Below, one piece after another: positions 44,022 to 53,473 of a DNA stretch of 64,000 bases (position 1 is the first letter of the stretch; every line of letters starts with the position of its first letter). The DNA comes from an uncultured archaeon (GTDB lineage Archaea > Asgardarchaeota > Heimdallarchaeia > Heimdallarchaeales > Kariarchaeaceae), in the NCBI GenBank assembly GCA_964645535.1, contig CAZYCQ010000008.1, positions 3,013-67,012 on the forward strand, in the 5' to 3' direction. Made by a program: the position numbers and the translations under genes. A model generated the notes under the pieces. It did not search any database. It saw nothing but the letters and a program-made list of their open reading frames with translations, and was not told the DNA's origin.

Positions 44022-44942
44022 ATGGATAGGGCAATTGCTCAAGCACCTGCAACAATTGCAAATGTCTGTGTTGGTTTCGACATTCTTGGCTTTGCAGTCC
44101 CTATTCTGAAGGACACAGTCATTGTTTCGAAAGCAAGTGAAGGGGTAGTTATCAAGAAAGTTGTTGGAATGAATCTGCCCACAGAAGCTAGGGAAAATAC
44201 CGCGGGTCGTGGTCTCCAAAAAATGATTGAAGTGCTTGATCTCCCATTTGGGTTCGAGGTTGAAGTCAAAAAAGGAATACCTTTGGGTTCAGGTCTCGGC
44301 GGATCGGCAGCTTCGGCAGTAGCTTCCGTGGTAGCTGCAAATGCACTTCTGGATCGCCCTCTGCCAAAGGATGAGTTATTTCAATTTGCATTGGTTGGAG
44401 AGAGTGCAGCTACAGGTGGAGTTGTGCATGGAGATAATGTTGCAGCAGCCTTGTTGGGAGGATTGACCATGTGCCTCCGTCCAAAAAGCGAAGATAAAGA
44501 CTTAACTGCTTTCTCTCTTCCAATACCAGATATCCATTGTGTCATAGTTCATCCGGATCAAGTAATAGAAACAAAAGAAGCACGGAAAATACTTGCAGAG
44601 CAGATTCCCCTCAAAGATCACGTCAATCAATCCATGAGATTGGCCGCATTCATGATGGCGATTTTTACAGAAGACCTTACCCTTCTGGGCAATTTTTTTG
44701 AGGACATCGTGATCGAGCCGCAAAGGGCATCACTGATTCCTTCCTTTTACAAATTAAAGGAAGTAGCAGTACGAAATGGGGCACTTGGATTTTCAATTGC
44801 AGGAGCAGGTCCTACAATGTTTGGATGGTATCGAACCTCAGAACAGGCACAAAAAACTCGACAATTGTTTGAAAATATGGGGTTTCAATCATGGACTTGC
44901 CAAATCGACAGGCAGGGAGCAACAGTCATTCATTCAGAATAG
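44022..44942 (+). CDS. thrB: homoserine kinase
   Basis: GHMP kinase motif KKGIPLGSGLGGSAASAVASVVAAN. N-terminus APATIANVCVGFDILGFAV. About 306 aa. Confidence 0.9.
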   Translation: MDRAIAQAPATIANVCVGFDILGFAVPILKDTVIVSKASEGVVIKKVVGMNLPTEARENTAGRGLQKMIEVLDLPFGFEVEVKKGIPLGSGLGGSAASAVASVVAANALLDRPLPKDELFQFALVGESAATGGVVHGDNVAAALLGGLTMCLRPKSEDKDLTAFSLPIPDIHCVIVHPDQVIETKEARKILAEQIPLKDHVNQSMRLAAFMMAIFTEDLTLLGNFFEDIVIEPQRASLIPSFYKLKEVAVRNGALGFSIAGAGPTMFGWYRTSEQAQKTRQLFENMGFQSWTCQIDRQGATVIHSE

Positions 44943-46027
44943 TTGGTTATCACCAAATGTGTAGCCCCCCGGTCATTACGACCCCTGACATTGTAAGCGT
45001 ATTTTTTGGGATATTTACGGATAGATATGTTGGGATTGATCTGCTTGGCACGTTCATAGACTTTGGTGATGAATTGGCTGTTTCCAATCACCATCATTGC
45101 CTTTGACTCCAACTTGGCAAAGGCATGGACAAGATCCAGATGGTTGCTTTTTCCAAATGGAGTCTGTCCATACTCTGTGAAATCAGAATCATAAGGGGGA
45201 TCAAAAAACACAAAATCCTCGGAAGTTGGTTTTACCTTTTCAATGAATTTGAGATAATCGGAATTGTGGATTGTGGTCTGAGAAAGAAGTTTCACTGTCT
45301 TTGGGGATTGGAGAAGTTCTACTTTGGTACGGAAGGATTTGCGGTTGTAGGCGATACCGCCATAGGGAATATTAAATTTCCCTCGAGAATTGTATCGAAA
45401 CATCGAACCAAACGCAAATTCCCGAATAAAGAAGAAAACCGCAATTGGGTGGAGATTTTGAGGGGGCGCATCTCGAAGCATTGTGTAGTAGGCGGCACGA
45501 ATAGCCGTTTCAACATGATCCCGATAGGTCCAGCGGTCGGTCATTGGCCGTCCATGTTTGCTTTCCAACTGCGAAATGCGAATTATTTTGGAACGAAATG
45601 AGTTGATAAGGAAAGGTGACAATGAAGATGGGAGATCTAAAGATTGGACTTCCAAGATACCCTCTCTTAGATGAACCTTTTCTAGGTCACCCAATGTAGG
45701 GGGTACACCTGTTTCCAAGTTTCGTTTTTTTAATTCAAGAAATGGATCCAAAAAAGGGGTGATCAGATCTTTCAGAAGTTCCCAGTCTTCAGCAATCTGA
45801 TTAAGACTGTCAAGGAAGGCCTCATCTTGTTTTTGAACAAGCAGATAGAATTGCATCAAATCTTGATTGATGTCATTGATTGCATTGTTACGATGCTCAA
45901 GATGGAAAAAAAGGGCACCACCCCCTACAAATGGCTCAATGTACCTGTCAAAATCCTGTGGAATTAAGCCATCAATATTTTTGATTTCACGGCTTTTGCC
46001 ACCAGGCCATTTGATCAGGGGTTTCAC
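44930..46027 (-). CDS. D12-class N6-adenine DNA methyltransferase (Dam-like)
   Basis: N-terminal KWPGGKSREI, SAM motif YIEPFVGGGALFFHL and catalytic motif IV VFFDPPY. At 365 aa it is longer than the classic Dam size as I recall it. No adjacent restriction endonuclease gene. Confidence 0.85.
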   Translation of the reverse strand: MKPLIKWPGGKSREIKNIDGLIPQDFDRYIEPFVGGGALFFHLEHRNNAINDINQDLMQFYLLVQKQDEAFLDSLNQIAEDWELLKDLITPFLDPFLELKKRNLETGVPPTLGDLEKVHLREGILEVQSLDLPSSLSPFLINSFRSKIIRISQLESKHGRPMTDRWTYRDHVETAIRAAYYTMLRDAPPQNLHPIAVFFFIREFAFGSMFRYNSRGKFNIPYGGIAYNRKSFRTKVELLQSPKTVKLLSQTTIHNSDYLKFIEKVKPTSEDFVFFDPPYDSDFTEYGQTPFGKSNHLDLVHAFAKLESKAMMVIGNSQFITKVYERAKQINPNISIRKYPKKYAYNVRGRNDRGATHLVITNYSE

Positions 46028-46064
46028 ATATCTGGATTTTCTGAGCCGTTAAAAAAATTCATCA

Positions 46065-47360
46065 ATGTATCAGGGGAAAGGTAAAAAATGGAATGCCCAA
46101 CATGACAATGTGAAGTACATCTCCACAAGGTCTTCAGAGATACAGACCACGTTATCTGAGGCCGTATTGCAAGGATTAGCTGCCGATGGGGGGTTGTTTG
46201 TTCCCGAAATGCTTCCCGTTTTTTCCATGGATGACTTTGATGACCTTCATTCTTGGAAAGACATAGCTGTGAGGATGCTAACACCATTTTTTGAAGGAGA
46301 TAGATTGATCGGCAAGTTACAAAATATTGTTGAAACTGCATTTTCCTTCCCATTACCGCTCACCCCATTTCGTGAAAATATTGAGATGCTTGAATTGTTT
46401 CATGGACCAACGGGTGCATTCAAGGATGTCGGAGCAAGGTTTCTTGCACGATGCTTTGAGGCATTGGGAACTGAACGAATGGTATTGGTAGCCACATCAG
46501 GAGATACGGGTAGTGCAGTGGCATCTGCATTTTATGGACTTCAGTACACAAAAGTATCTGTCTTCTTTCCAAAAGGAAAGATTTCCCCATTCCAAGAGCA
46601 CCAATTAACATGTTGGGATGACAATATCTATTCTTTCAGGGTTAGAGCAGATTTTGACTCCTGCCAGAAGTTGGTCAAAGACCTTTTTGCAGATCACGAA
46701 TTGAATGAACGATTTTCTTTCAGTTCTGCAAATTCCATCAATATTGGAAGGTTGTTACCCCAATGTACATATTATGCCTTTGCAAGTTTGGATTTTTTCA
46801 GAAGAAAGAGGATTAAGCCCACCATTGTTGTTCCAACAGGAAATATGGGGAATGCATTGGCCTGCATTTGGGCACGGGAAATGGGCTTTCCTATTTCAAA
46901 AATTGTTCTCGCGACCAATGCAAACGATCCCATTCCAATATTCTTCCAAACAGGGAAGTTTACACCCAAACCTTCAATTCAGACATTGGCCAATGCCATG
47001 GATGTCGGCAATCCAAGCAATATGGAAAGATTTCTTCATTTAGGAAACTCACAGAGGATTGTAGCCAAATCAGTCAGTAATGAAAAAATCACTGAAACAA
47101 TAAGAATGGTCTGGAAAAAGATGGGAATCGTTATTGATCCACATACTGCAACAGCAGTCCATTGTGTACCGGAAGAACCTGCAATCATCGTTTCAACAGC
47201 ACATCCTGCAAAATTCAAAGAAATAGTGGAACCAATAATTGAAAGGAAGGTGGAGATTCCTGTACAGCTCCGAGCAATGCTTGAAAGATCAGTCTACTAT
47301 AAAGAAATTGAACCAACGAAAGAAGATTTTCTTGAAAAATTATTGAATTATCGAGATTGA
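46065..47360 (+). CDS. thrC: threonine synthase
   Basis: KYISTRS N-terminus, PLP-lysine context HGPTGAFKDVGARF, and VATSGDTGSAVASAF. The start could be ATG 46065 or GTG 46110. Confidence 0.9.
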   Translation: MYQGKGKKWNAQHDNVKYISTRSSEIQTTLSEAVLQGLAADGGLFVPEMLPVFSMDDFDDLHSWKDIAVRMLTPFFEGDRLIGKLQNIVETAFSFPLPLTPFRENIEMLELFHGPTGAFKDVGARFLARCFEALGTERMVLVATSGDTGSAVASAFYGLQYTKVSVFFPKGKISPFQEHQLTCWDDNIYSFRVRADFDSCQKLVKDLFADHELNERFSFSSANSINIGRLLPQCTYYAFASLDFFRRKRIKPTIVVPTGNMGNALACIWAREMGFPISKIVLATNANDPIPIFFQTGKFTPKPSIQTLANAMDVGNPSNMERFLHLGNSQRIVAKSVSNEKITETIRMVWKKMGIVIDPHTATAVHCVPEEPAIIVSTAHPAKFKEIVEPIIERKVEIPVQLRAMLERSVYYKEIEPTKEDFLEKLLNYRD

Positions 47361-49702
47361 TTTTGTCTCCTTCGGATCAGGAGAATCAGGGTCCCCATCA
47401 TTAGAAGAGTGGTTATTGGCAATCCAATTCCTCCAGTTTCGGTCGGAGTTGTTTCAGAAGTGATGGCATTGGATGTTCCGGAAAAGGTCGAGGATACTGA
47501 AGAAATGTCAATGTTAAACCCACTAAGCAGGATTAGCTTTGCATATCCATCCAAAGTCAGGGAGAGTTCGTTGCCATCCATAAAATAGGTCGCGTTTCCA
47601 TTCAGGACATCTACAAGAACTGCATTTTCTGGAAGATAGGAATCGTTAAGGAAAATACGTACTCTTTTGGAGTAAGGGTCACGATTGACGACGACAACCG
47701 CGTCAGGATTGTCAGCATTGGCGAGATGCCTATAAAAGGTCATGACACCATCCTGTGTATCCTCGGGAATGAGAAAATCACCTTGTCGAAGGACAGGATA
47801 GGATTTCCTGACATGGATCAGTTTTTTGTAGAAATCCAGCATGGTTGTATTCATTGCATCCCATGGAAAAGTTCCTCTTGTTCCAGGATCACCGAGACCT
47901 TCCATTCCCACTTCATCACCATACCAAATAACCGGAGTTCCGGGGAATGAGAATTGAAGAGTTGCCGCAACAAGAACCAAATCAGAATTGCCATCAAGAA
48001 CACTGCGGACCCTAGATCGATCATGATTCCCGAGGTTTACCCAAAGGGAATAGAAGGCTTCTTTGGGATAATTTTCTTGGATTGCACGCATCAACTCGGC
48101 ATATGTAGAATCCAAATAATTTCCCCGTATCCAGTCAAGAGTGTTGAATCGGAAGGGCATGTTTTGGGTACCGTCATTTTGGTCACCAGTAAGCCATTGG
48201 GTTGCCCTTTCCCAGATCTCACCAATAACAACTGCATCAGGATTGGTGGTCTTAACAGTATCACGAATGGCTCGGTTCACCAGACGACTGTTTTGCCCAT
48301 CTTGGTACATATTGTTGACATCCAACCGAAATCCATCCACACCATGACTCATCCAATAATCAAAGATATTGTTTGGACCGGTGACCAACTCCTCCAAGGC
48401 AGTTGTTCCTTCATAAATTATTGTTGGGATGTGTTTCAATCCGAACCATGCGTCATAATCTTCATTGTAATCATAAAAACGGAACCAATCATAGTATGGG
48501 GATTGAAATGGATGTTCAAATGCACCCCAGATGTCAGGATAATAATCAGGGACATTGAACCCTTGGGCACGTTCAAGATCGAAAATATTTTGGTTCTCAT
48601 ACCTTTGGAAATAAACTCCTTGTGCAGAATGATGGTTGATCACAGTGTCGTAGATGATTTTGATGCCATTCTCTTCCAAAGTCGATGAGAAATTATCAAA
48701 GAACTCCATGCTCAGAGTGTAGTTGTTTAATGGTCTTCCTCCATCCCTTCCTGCTAAAACACCATAATAGCTGTCCAATACGCGATAATCATCTACGGAA
48801 TAGCCATGATTATCTGGAGCCTCTGTAAAGGGATTAAACCAGATGAAATCAACTCCAAGTTCCTTGAGATAATCAAGTTTTTCCATTACCCCCTGAAGAT
48901 CACCCCCGAAATAGTCATACCCACCTTGAGGCTCTTCATCCCAAGACTGATGTTTTGTTACATAAACTCGCGGTTCATCATCATTGTCCATTATACCATT
49001 TCCGTTTGAATCCCATTCATACCAAACCACATCCCCGCTTGAACCATCACCGACAGGATCATTGGACAAATCTCCATTATAGAATCGATCTATGAAGATT
49101 TGGTACCCCACTGCATTTTTGTGCCATTCAGGGGTTGTGAAACTCGGATCATAGAAAACAATGGCATAATCTCCTTCAGAATCATGGGTATCGGTAACTC
49201 TTCCAACCCCTCCAGTCTGATAGCCTCTGTTATCCTCAAATTGAGATCGAACTACGTCATCATTATAGTAGTCGGTATCTGTTCCATCAGTAAGCAAGAA
49301 AGCATAATAGATGTCTGTTGGTTCGTCAGGACTGGGAAGTGTTATTTCCCAATAATCATATGTAGAATCTGAAGAAGTTATGGACATCGGGACATAATTA
49401 TCTGTTCGTTTTACATTGTCCCAATATTTCAATTGGACGCCTGTCAGATCATTTCGATAGGACCGAATCCTGAGGGTCACATCAGTCCCCACAGGCACTG
49501 CACCAGTAAGCTGTGTTCCCCAACCAGGATTTCTGTAGAATGGGTCTCGAGAATCGTGCAGGATACCATCCCATTCAACATTGTTGTCGTTTGATGCAAT
49601 ATGGCTTTTAACAATTGCCAGTTTATTGGTGGCAAAACCACTAGGGAGAGAGGCAAGCAAGCCTATCAACAAGAGAATTGCAAAAGATTTTTGATTCTTC
49701 AT
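47348..49702 (-). CDS. secreted, C-terminally anchored GH13 alpha-amylase family enzyme (neopullulanase/cyclomaltodextrinase-like)
   Basis: Signal peptide MKNQKSFAILLLIGLLASLPSGFA. GH13 regions I-IV: DTVINHHS, GVDGFRLDVNN, VVIGEIWE, LGNHDRSR. C-terminal S/T-rich linker, then TM LPITTLLMMGTLILLI, then RRRQNQSR. Confidence 0.9.
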   Translation of the reverse strand: MKNQKSFAILLLIGLLASLPSGFATNKLAIVKSHIASNDNNVEWDGILHDSRDPFYRNPGWGTQLTGAVPVGTDVTLRIRSYRNDLTGVQLKYWDNVKRTDNYVPMSITSSDSTYDYWEITLPSPDEPTDIYYAFLLTDGTDTDYYNDDVVRSQFEDNRGYQTGGVGRVTDTHDSEGDYAIVFYDPSFTTPEWHKNAVGYQIFIDRFYNGDLSNDPVGDGSSGDVVWYEWDSNGNGIMDNDDEPRVYVTKHQSWDEEPQGGYDYFGGDLQGVMEKLDYLKELGVDFIWFNPFTEAPDNHGYSVDDYRVLDSYYGVLAGRDGGRPLNNYTLSMEFFDNFSSTLEENGIKIIYDTVINHHSAQGVYFQRYENQNIFDLERAQGFNVPDYYPDIWGAFEHPFQSPYYDWFRFYDYNEDYDAWFGLKHIPTIIYEGTTALEELVTGPNNIFDYWMSHGVDGFRLDVNNMYQDGQNSRLVNRAIRDTVKTTNPDAVVIGEIWERATQWLTGDQNDGTQNMPFRFNTLDWIRGNYLDSTYAELMRAIQENYPKEAFYSLWVNLGNHDRSRVRSVLDGNSDLVLVAATLQFSFPGTPVIWYGDEVGMEGLGDPGTRGTFPWDAMNTTMLDFYKKLIHVRKSYPVLRQGDFLIPEDTQDGVMTFYRHLANADNPDAVVVVNRDPYSKRVRIFLNDSYLPENAVLVDVLNGNATYFMDGNELSLTLDGYAKLILLSGFNIDISSVSSTFSGTSNAITSETTPTETGGIGLPITTLLMMGTLILLIRRRQNQSR

Positions 49703-49778
49703 TGATCAAAAGGAAGTAAAATCCAATATGATTAAAGCTCTTTTCTGATTCAAAGGAAAAATGTTTGTTTTGCCTCTA

Positions 49779-50696
49779 TCAAAGTTTTTTCTTTTTATTC
49801 AGAGCCATTGCAATAAAAGTGGGAATTACCAGTGCAGGGTAAAAACTCGCATCTGCTTCCAATGCGGAGGATGAGGTCTTTGTTACTTTTGGAGTGGTGA
49901 TGATCATCTGTGTAAGATCTTTATTGAGGGAATTTGCATCCGTAATTGCGGAAAACCAAGCGTCCATTGTCAATTGAATGGCTAATTCAAGCCTCTCCAC
50001 AAGAATTTCTGATGTTTCATTGTAGAAAGTCCCCCAATAGTCACCACTTTCTTTTGCTTTGTCATCTGCCTCCAATAGAAGGGGAACAACAGCCAATCCG
50101 CTTGCAATTGCAGCTTTGGTAGCATTATAGATATCTGAGACATACTTGGGTTCCCCTATTTCTACCTGTTGCCAGATGGCTTCCCAATATTTGTCAGGAA
50201 GAATGGTTTCAAACCGGGAGTGGATACCATCATTCCCAGTCAATTGTCCATCAAAGTTAGAAGTGGCATGGAATGGCTGTGATGCATCCGACAGGTAATG
50301 GGACAGTGATCCCATTAGAAGAAGGACTTCATTTCCCTGGTTCTGTTTGATGGCCTCAACTAATTTCAAGGAAGTGTTCATTGCTGCCCATGAAACAACA
50401 CCTAACGAGTAGTTTTCAGAGGTTGAGGAAACATTGATGTCTGTATGGGGAATATCTGAATCATCATAATGTCGCGGTCTTTCATTCGGATCCTTATCCT
50501 TGTTTTCGTCCGGGAAGATAGAGCCCTCACGTAACTCTTGGACATGAGCTTGTAGCCAAGTTTTCCAATTTTCTGGCAATTTTTCAATGGCTCTTTCTGC
50601 AACTTCCTTATGAACGGAATACCCCCAAGCATTTGCCGGCATTAACATACCCTGAAGCAAGAAAAGGAGATAAAAGGCAATAAGATATTTTTTCAT
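49779..50696 (-). CDS. secreted S1/P1 nuclease / zinc phospholipase C superfamily protein, C-terminally anchored
   Basis: Signal MKKYLIAFYLLFLLQGMLMPANA is followed by WGYSVHKEVA (mature N-terminal Trp and His, as in P1 nuclease/PLC zinc sites). HYLSDASQPFHAT. C-terminal TM YPALVIPTFIAMAL then NKKKKL. Start set at ATG 50696. Confidence 0.7.
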   Translation of the reverse strand: MKKYLIAFYLLFLLQGMLMPANAWGYSVHKEVAERAIEKLPENWKTWLQAHVQELREGSIFPDENKDKDPNERPRHYDDSDIPHTDINVSSTSENYSLGVVSWAAMNTSLKLVEAIKQNQGNEVLLLMGSLSHYLSDASQPFHATSNFDGQLTGNDGIHSRFETILPDKYWEAIWQQVEIGEPKYVSDIYNATKAAIASGLAVVPLLLEADDKAKESGDYWGTFYNETSEILVERLELAIQLTMDAWFSAITDANSLNKDLTQMIITTPKVTKTSSSALEADASFYPALVIPTFIAMALNKKKKL

Positions 50697-50786
50697 CGAC
50701 GGAGGCAGGAAACACTTCAACTTAAAGATCATGTCAGCGGCCATACCAGATTACAAAATTCAATACAATTCGAATATCTTTAAATT

Positions 50787-52808
50787 ATGCAGAATTTTCA
50801 CTACATCATGAACTTTCGAATTTTGGTTTGGTTAATTGCCATTTTGTTGATTGGAACAACAGGCAATACCTTAGGAAATAACCACGTCATGTCAATCACT
50901 TATAAAAGTACGGGAATTTCTGACATGAGTGCGCAGTTCCTGAATTCATCTGCAATCCCCTTGTCTCCCCTTGCAGATGTAGATCGAGCGGATTTGGCCA
51001 ATTATACGGCAACCATAAATTTCGATCCCCAAACATCCAACTATACCGTTCAAATGACCATCAGCTTCAGAAACCCGGTAAATGAGCTACACACCATCCC
51101 ACTCAACCATTGGCTACTTTCATTCACCGATGAATTCCTGTCCAGCGCACAGAAAAACGATCGAGGGATTTACCCCAATGGCTTTGATGACATTTTTCTT
51201 CAATATGGAAACATTTCGGTCAATGGGAGCCCAGTCAATTATTCAATTGTTTTGACACATCTTGAACTCTTCCTTAATTCCACGAACTTTGATCCCATTC
51301 CTCAAGGGGAGATTGTCACAATTTCTATGGAATTTAATGCAGATGTTCCAAATTCTGCGAGAAGATATGCTAAGCTCATCGGACAGGATGGAAGCGTGGT
51401 CTATGCCATGCCCCACATCCTTCCCTTGCTCCCAGTATATGAGGAAGGGCTGTGGAGAGCAGATCCTTTTGATTTTCGGGGAGAACCATTCTATTCTGAA
51501 GCATCGTTCTTCAGAGTTGAAGTCATAACCCCAATTGATTTTGTTTATGGGGCTACAGGCCATATCGTTTCCGAACAAACAGACAATGGGACAAAAACAA
51601 GAATTTATGAGGCGTATCCAGTCCGGGATTGGGCAATGGTCGGATCTCTGAATTACGAAATGAGTGAGGGAATCGTTGCCCTACCTAGTGGAAGGGAGGT
51701 CTCCATCAAGTCGTTCTATCTAAGTGGAGACAGTGCATTTGGAATTGAACAGAAAAGATATGGAGTTGAGGCAATAGCCTTTTTTTCAAGAGAGACAGGT
51801 GTTGAATATCCCTATGATGATTACGTCCTTGCCCAAGTTGTAAGTGTGTTCTATGGGGGAATGGAATATCCCCAACTGGTTTTGAATGCAGCAAGTTCAA
51901 GTGGCGTGGTTGTTCATGAAACAGGCCATCAATGGAACTGGGGAATCATCGGGATGGATCAGCCCCACGAAACATGGCTTGATGAAGGGCTGACCTCGTT
52001 TTGGACAGATGAATTCCATGTTTTTGATGGAACTGAGACACGCCAAAGTCTTGGCAACAGATACAATAAGGCATACATCAAAGACTTCAAACAGTCGCCA
52101 GACATCATCAACCATACCATCTATAATTCCACAGACTATGTTCTGATGAGCTATTACAAGATGCCTGCGGTTCTCCATGATCTGCAACATTTGATCGGGG
52201 ATGACCTCTTTAAGTTGATTCTCAAGAACTTCTATAGGGAAAATAGATTTGGAATTGGAAAATCCACGGAAATGATTGACGAATTCGCCCAATCCCTGAA
52301 TGGCGATTGGATCTATGATTATTTTGATGCCTTTTTGAATACTCATTTTATCCCCCACTACAAAACAAAAATTTCCGTGTTGAAATCCAATGCCACCTTT
52401 ACCACAGTACAAGTCAACTTCACTGATTTTTGGCCAGGAGTCCCGCAACGAATTGAACTGGATACGTCCGCATTTCCTGCACCTTTTGAAAAAAGCATTC
52501 TTGTGGATGGGAATATCAGTGGAGTGTGGGAAGTTGAATCTCCCTATTTTGAGGATTTCTATTTTGATCCACTAAGACAGAATCTTGCAACCTACAATCA
52601 AAGATATTATTATGTTCCTCCACTTTACCCATCAGAACCTTCAACGAGGATAACCACAACCAGTGAAACCGAAAACTTTACATCAAACGATGTTTCGTCG
52701 ACTATTCCTTCAGAATCCCGATTGGCAATTTCTTTTTCCATGGTGATGGGTTCAACCATTATGGCGATAATTGCAAGACGAAAAAAGGCTATTTTTTCCG
52801 CGCATTGA
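50787..52808 (+). CDS. M1-family zinc metallopeptidase, secreted and C-terminally anchored
   Basis: GGMEYPQL (GxMEN-like) followed by VVVHETGHQWNWG...WLDEGLTSF (HExxH-18-E). N-terminal signal/anchor ILVWLIAILLIG. C-terminal S/T-rich linker, then LAISFSMVMGSTIMAIIA, then RRKK. Confidence 0.85.
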   Translation: MQNFHYIMNFRILVWLIAILLIGTTGNTLGNNHVMSITYKSTGISDMSAQFLNSSAIPLSPLADVDRADLANYTATINFDPQTSNYTVQMTISFRNPVNELHTIPLNHWLLSFTDEFLSSAQKNDRGIYPNGFDDIFLQYGNISVNGSPVNYSIVLTHLELFLNSTNFDPIPQGEIVTISMEFNADVPNSARRYAKLIGQDGSVVYAMPHILPLLPVYEEGLWRADPFDFRGEPFYSEASFFRVEVITPIDFVYGATGHIVSEQTDNGTKTRIYEAYPVRDWAMVGSLNYEMSEGIVALPSGREVSIKSFYLSGDSAFGIEQKRYGVEAIAFFSRETGVEYPYDDYVLAQVVSVFYGGMEYPQLVLNAASSSGVVVHETGHQWNWGIIGMDQPHETWLDEGLTSFWTDEFHVFDGTETRQSLGNRYNKAYIKDFKQSPDIINHTIYNSTDYVLMSYYKMPAVLHDLQHLIGDDLFKLILKNFYRENRFGIGKSTEMIDEFAQSLNGDWIYDYFDAFLNTHFIPHYKTKISVLKSNATFTTVQVNFTDFWPGVPQRIELDTSAFPAPFEKSILVDGNISGVWEVESPYFEDFYFDPLRQNLATYNQRYYYVPPLYPSEPSTRITTTSETENFTSNDVSSTIPSESRLAISFSMVMGSTIMAIIARRKKAIFSAH

Positions 52809-52840
52809 CCCCATTTTTCTAAGTTAGTGATCTTTTTCAG

Positions 52841-53473
52841 ATGTTTTTTGCGTATTTTTTGCAACACATTATCATCGCAAAGCATAAAGGGAACAGAACT
52901 GTAGGACGGATGTTGACAGATCAATCGGTTTCTGATTTTTTGCGAATGGGTGATTTTATCAACCAAATTTTTGTTGTGCACAAATCTGGGATTGTCATTC
53001 TTTCTAGGATTTATCAGCAAAGTTGCATTTCCTCAGACCCTCAACTTATTGGAGGATTGCTGAGTGCAATGTTGACTCTGGTTCAACATGACACGAACGA
53101 TACACGTTATTGCAGTTGGGAAATGGATGGAAGGCACAGATTGAAAGATATCGGGATGTCCTGCTCCAGATGGTTTATCGGCACCCATGGAGACTTCACC
53201 ATTGCAACCCTAGTTCCCTATAGCTCACCCTTGATCACTTCAAACAGATATGATATCATTCAGAAAATCAATCAAGCCATAATTGCCTCTTTTTCAATCT
53301 TCATCGAATTTGGGACAGATGGAATAAACGGAAAGGTTGAAGCCATTCAGGATTACACAATCGAGTTTGGGAACACACTCGACAGTCTGATATTTGAGTC
53401 CCTGTATGACAATCTGGGTATAGAAATAGGATTTGAAAAGGGGAAGCATTATGATGTACAGAGACTAGTATAA
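52841..53473 (+). CDS. small longin/roadblock-like domain protein
   Basis: INQIFVVHKSGIVILSRIYQQSCISSDPQLIGGLLSAMLTLVQHD...LKDIGMSCSRWFIGTHGDFTIATLV has the beta-beta-alpha-beta-beta-beta pattern and signature helix shared with neighbouring proteins. The start is uncertain (52841, 52910 or 52946). Confidence 0.5.
   Translation: MFFAYFLQHIIIAKHKGNRTVGRMLTDQSVSDFLRMGDFINQIFVVHKSGIVILSRIYQQSCISSDPQLIGGLLSAMLTLVQHDTNDTRYCSWEMDGRHRLKDIGMSCSRWFIGTHGDFTIATLVPYSSPLITSNRYDIIQKINQAIIASFSIFIEFGTDGINGKVEAIQDYTIEFGNTLDSLIFESLYDNLGIEIGFEKGKHYDVQRLV

Noticed and set aside
45125-45601. 158-aa plus-strand ORF inside the methyltransferase region
   Set aside because: It is antisense to the Dam-like gene, which carries clear FVGGGA and DPPY motifs. 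This is a shadow ORF.
44930-46027. Dam-like methyltransferase as part of a restriction-modification system
   Set aside because: The flanking genes are thrB and thrC. No endonuclease-like ORF is present on either side within the window.
47348-47480. C-terminal anchors as PGF-CTERM, PEP-CTERM or LPXTG sorting signals
   Set aside because: The tripartite shape is present, but none of the defining PGF, PEP or LPXTG motifs precedes the helix in any of the proteins.
47954-48688. 244-aa plus-strand ORF (with 48141..48347 and others) inside the amylase region
   Set aside because: It lies antisense to the GH13 gene, whose four conserved catalytic regions are on the minus strand. The translation is low-complexity with no motifs. 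This is a shadow ORF.
51897-52448. 183-aa minus-strand ORF within the M1 peptidase gene
   Set aside because: It is antisense to the frame containing GGMEYP and HETGH...E zinc-binding motifs. This is a shadow ORF.
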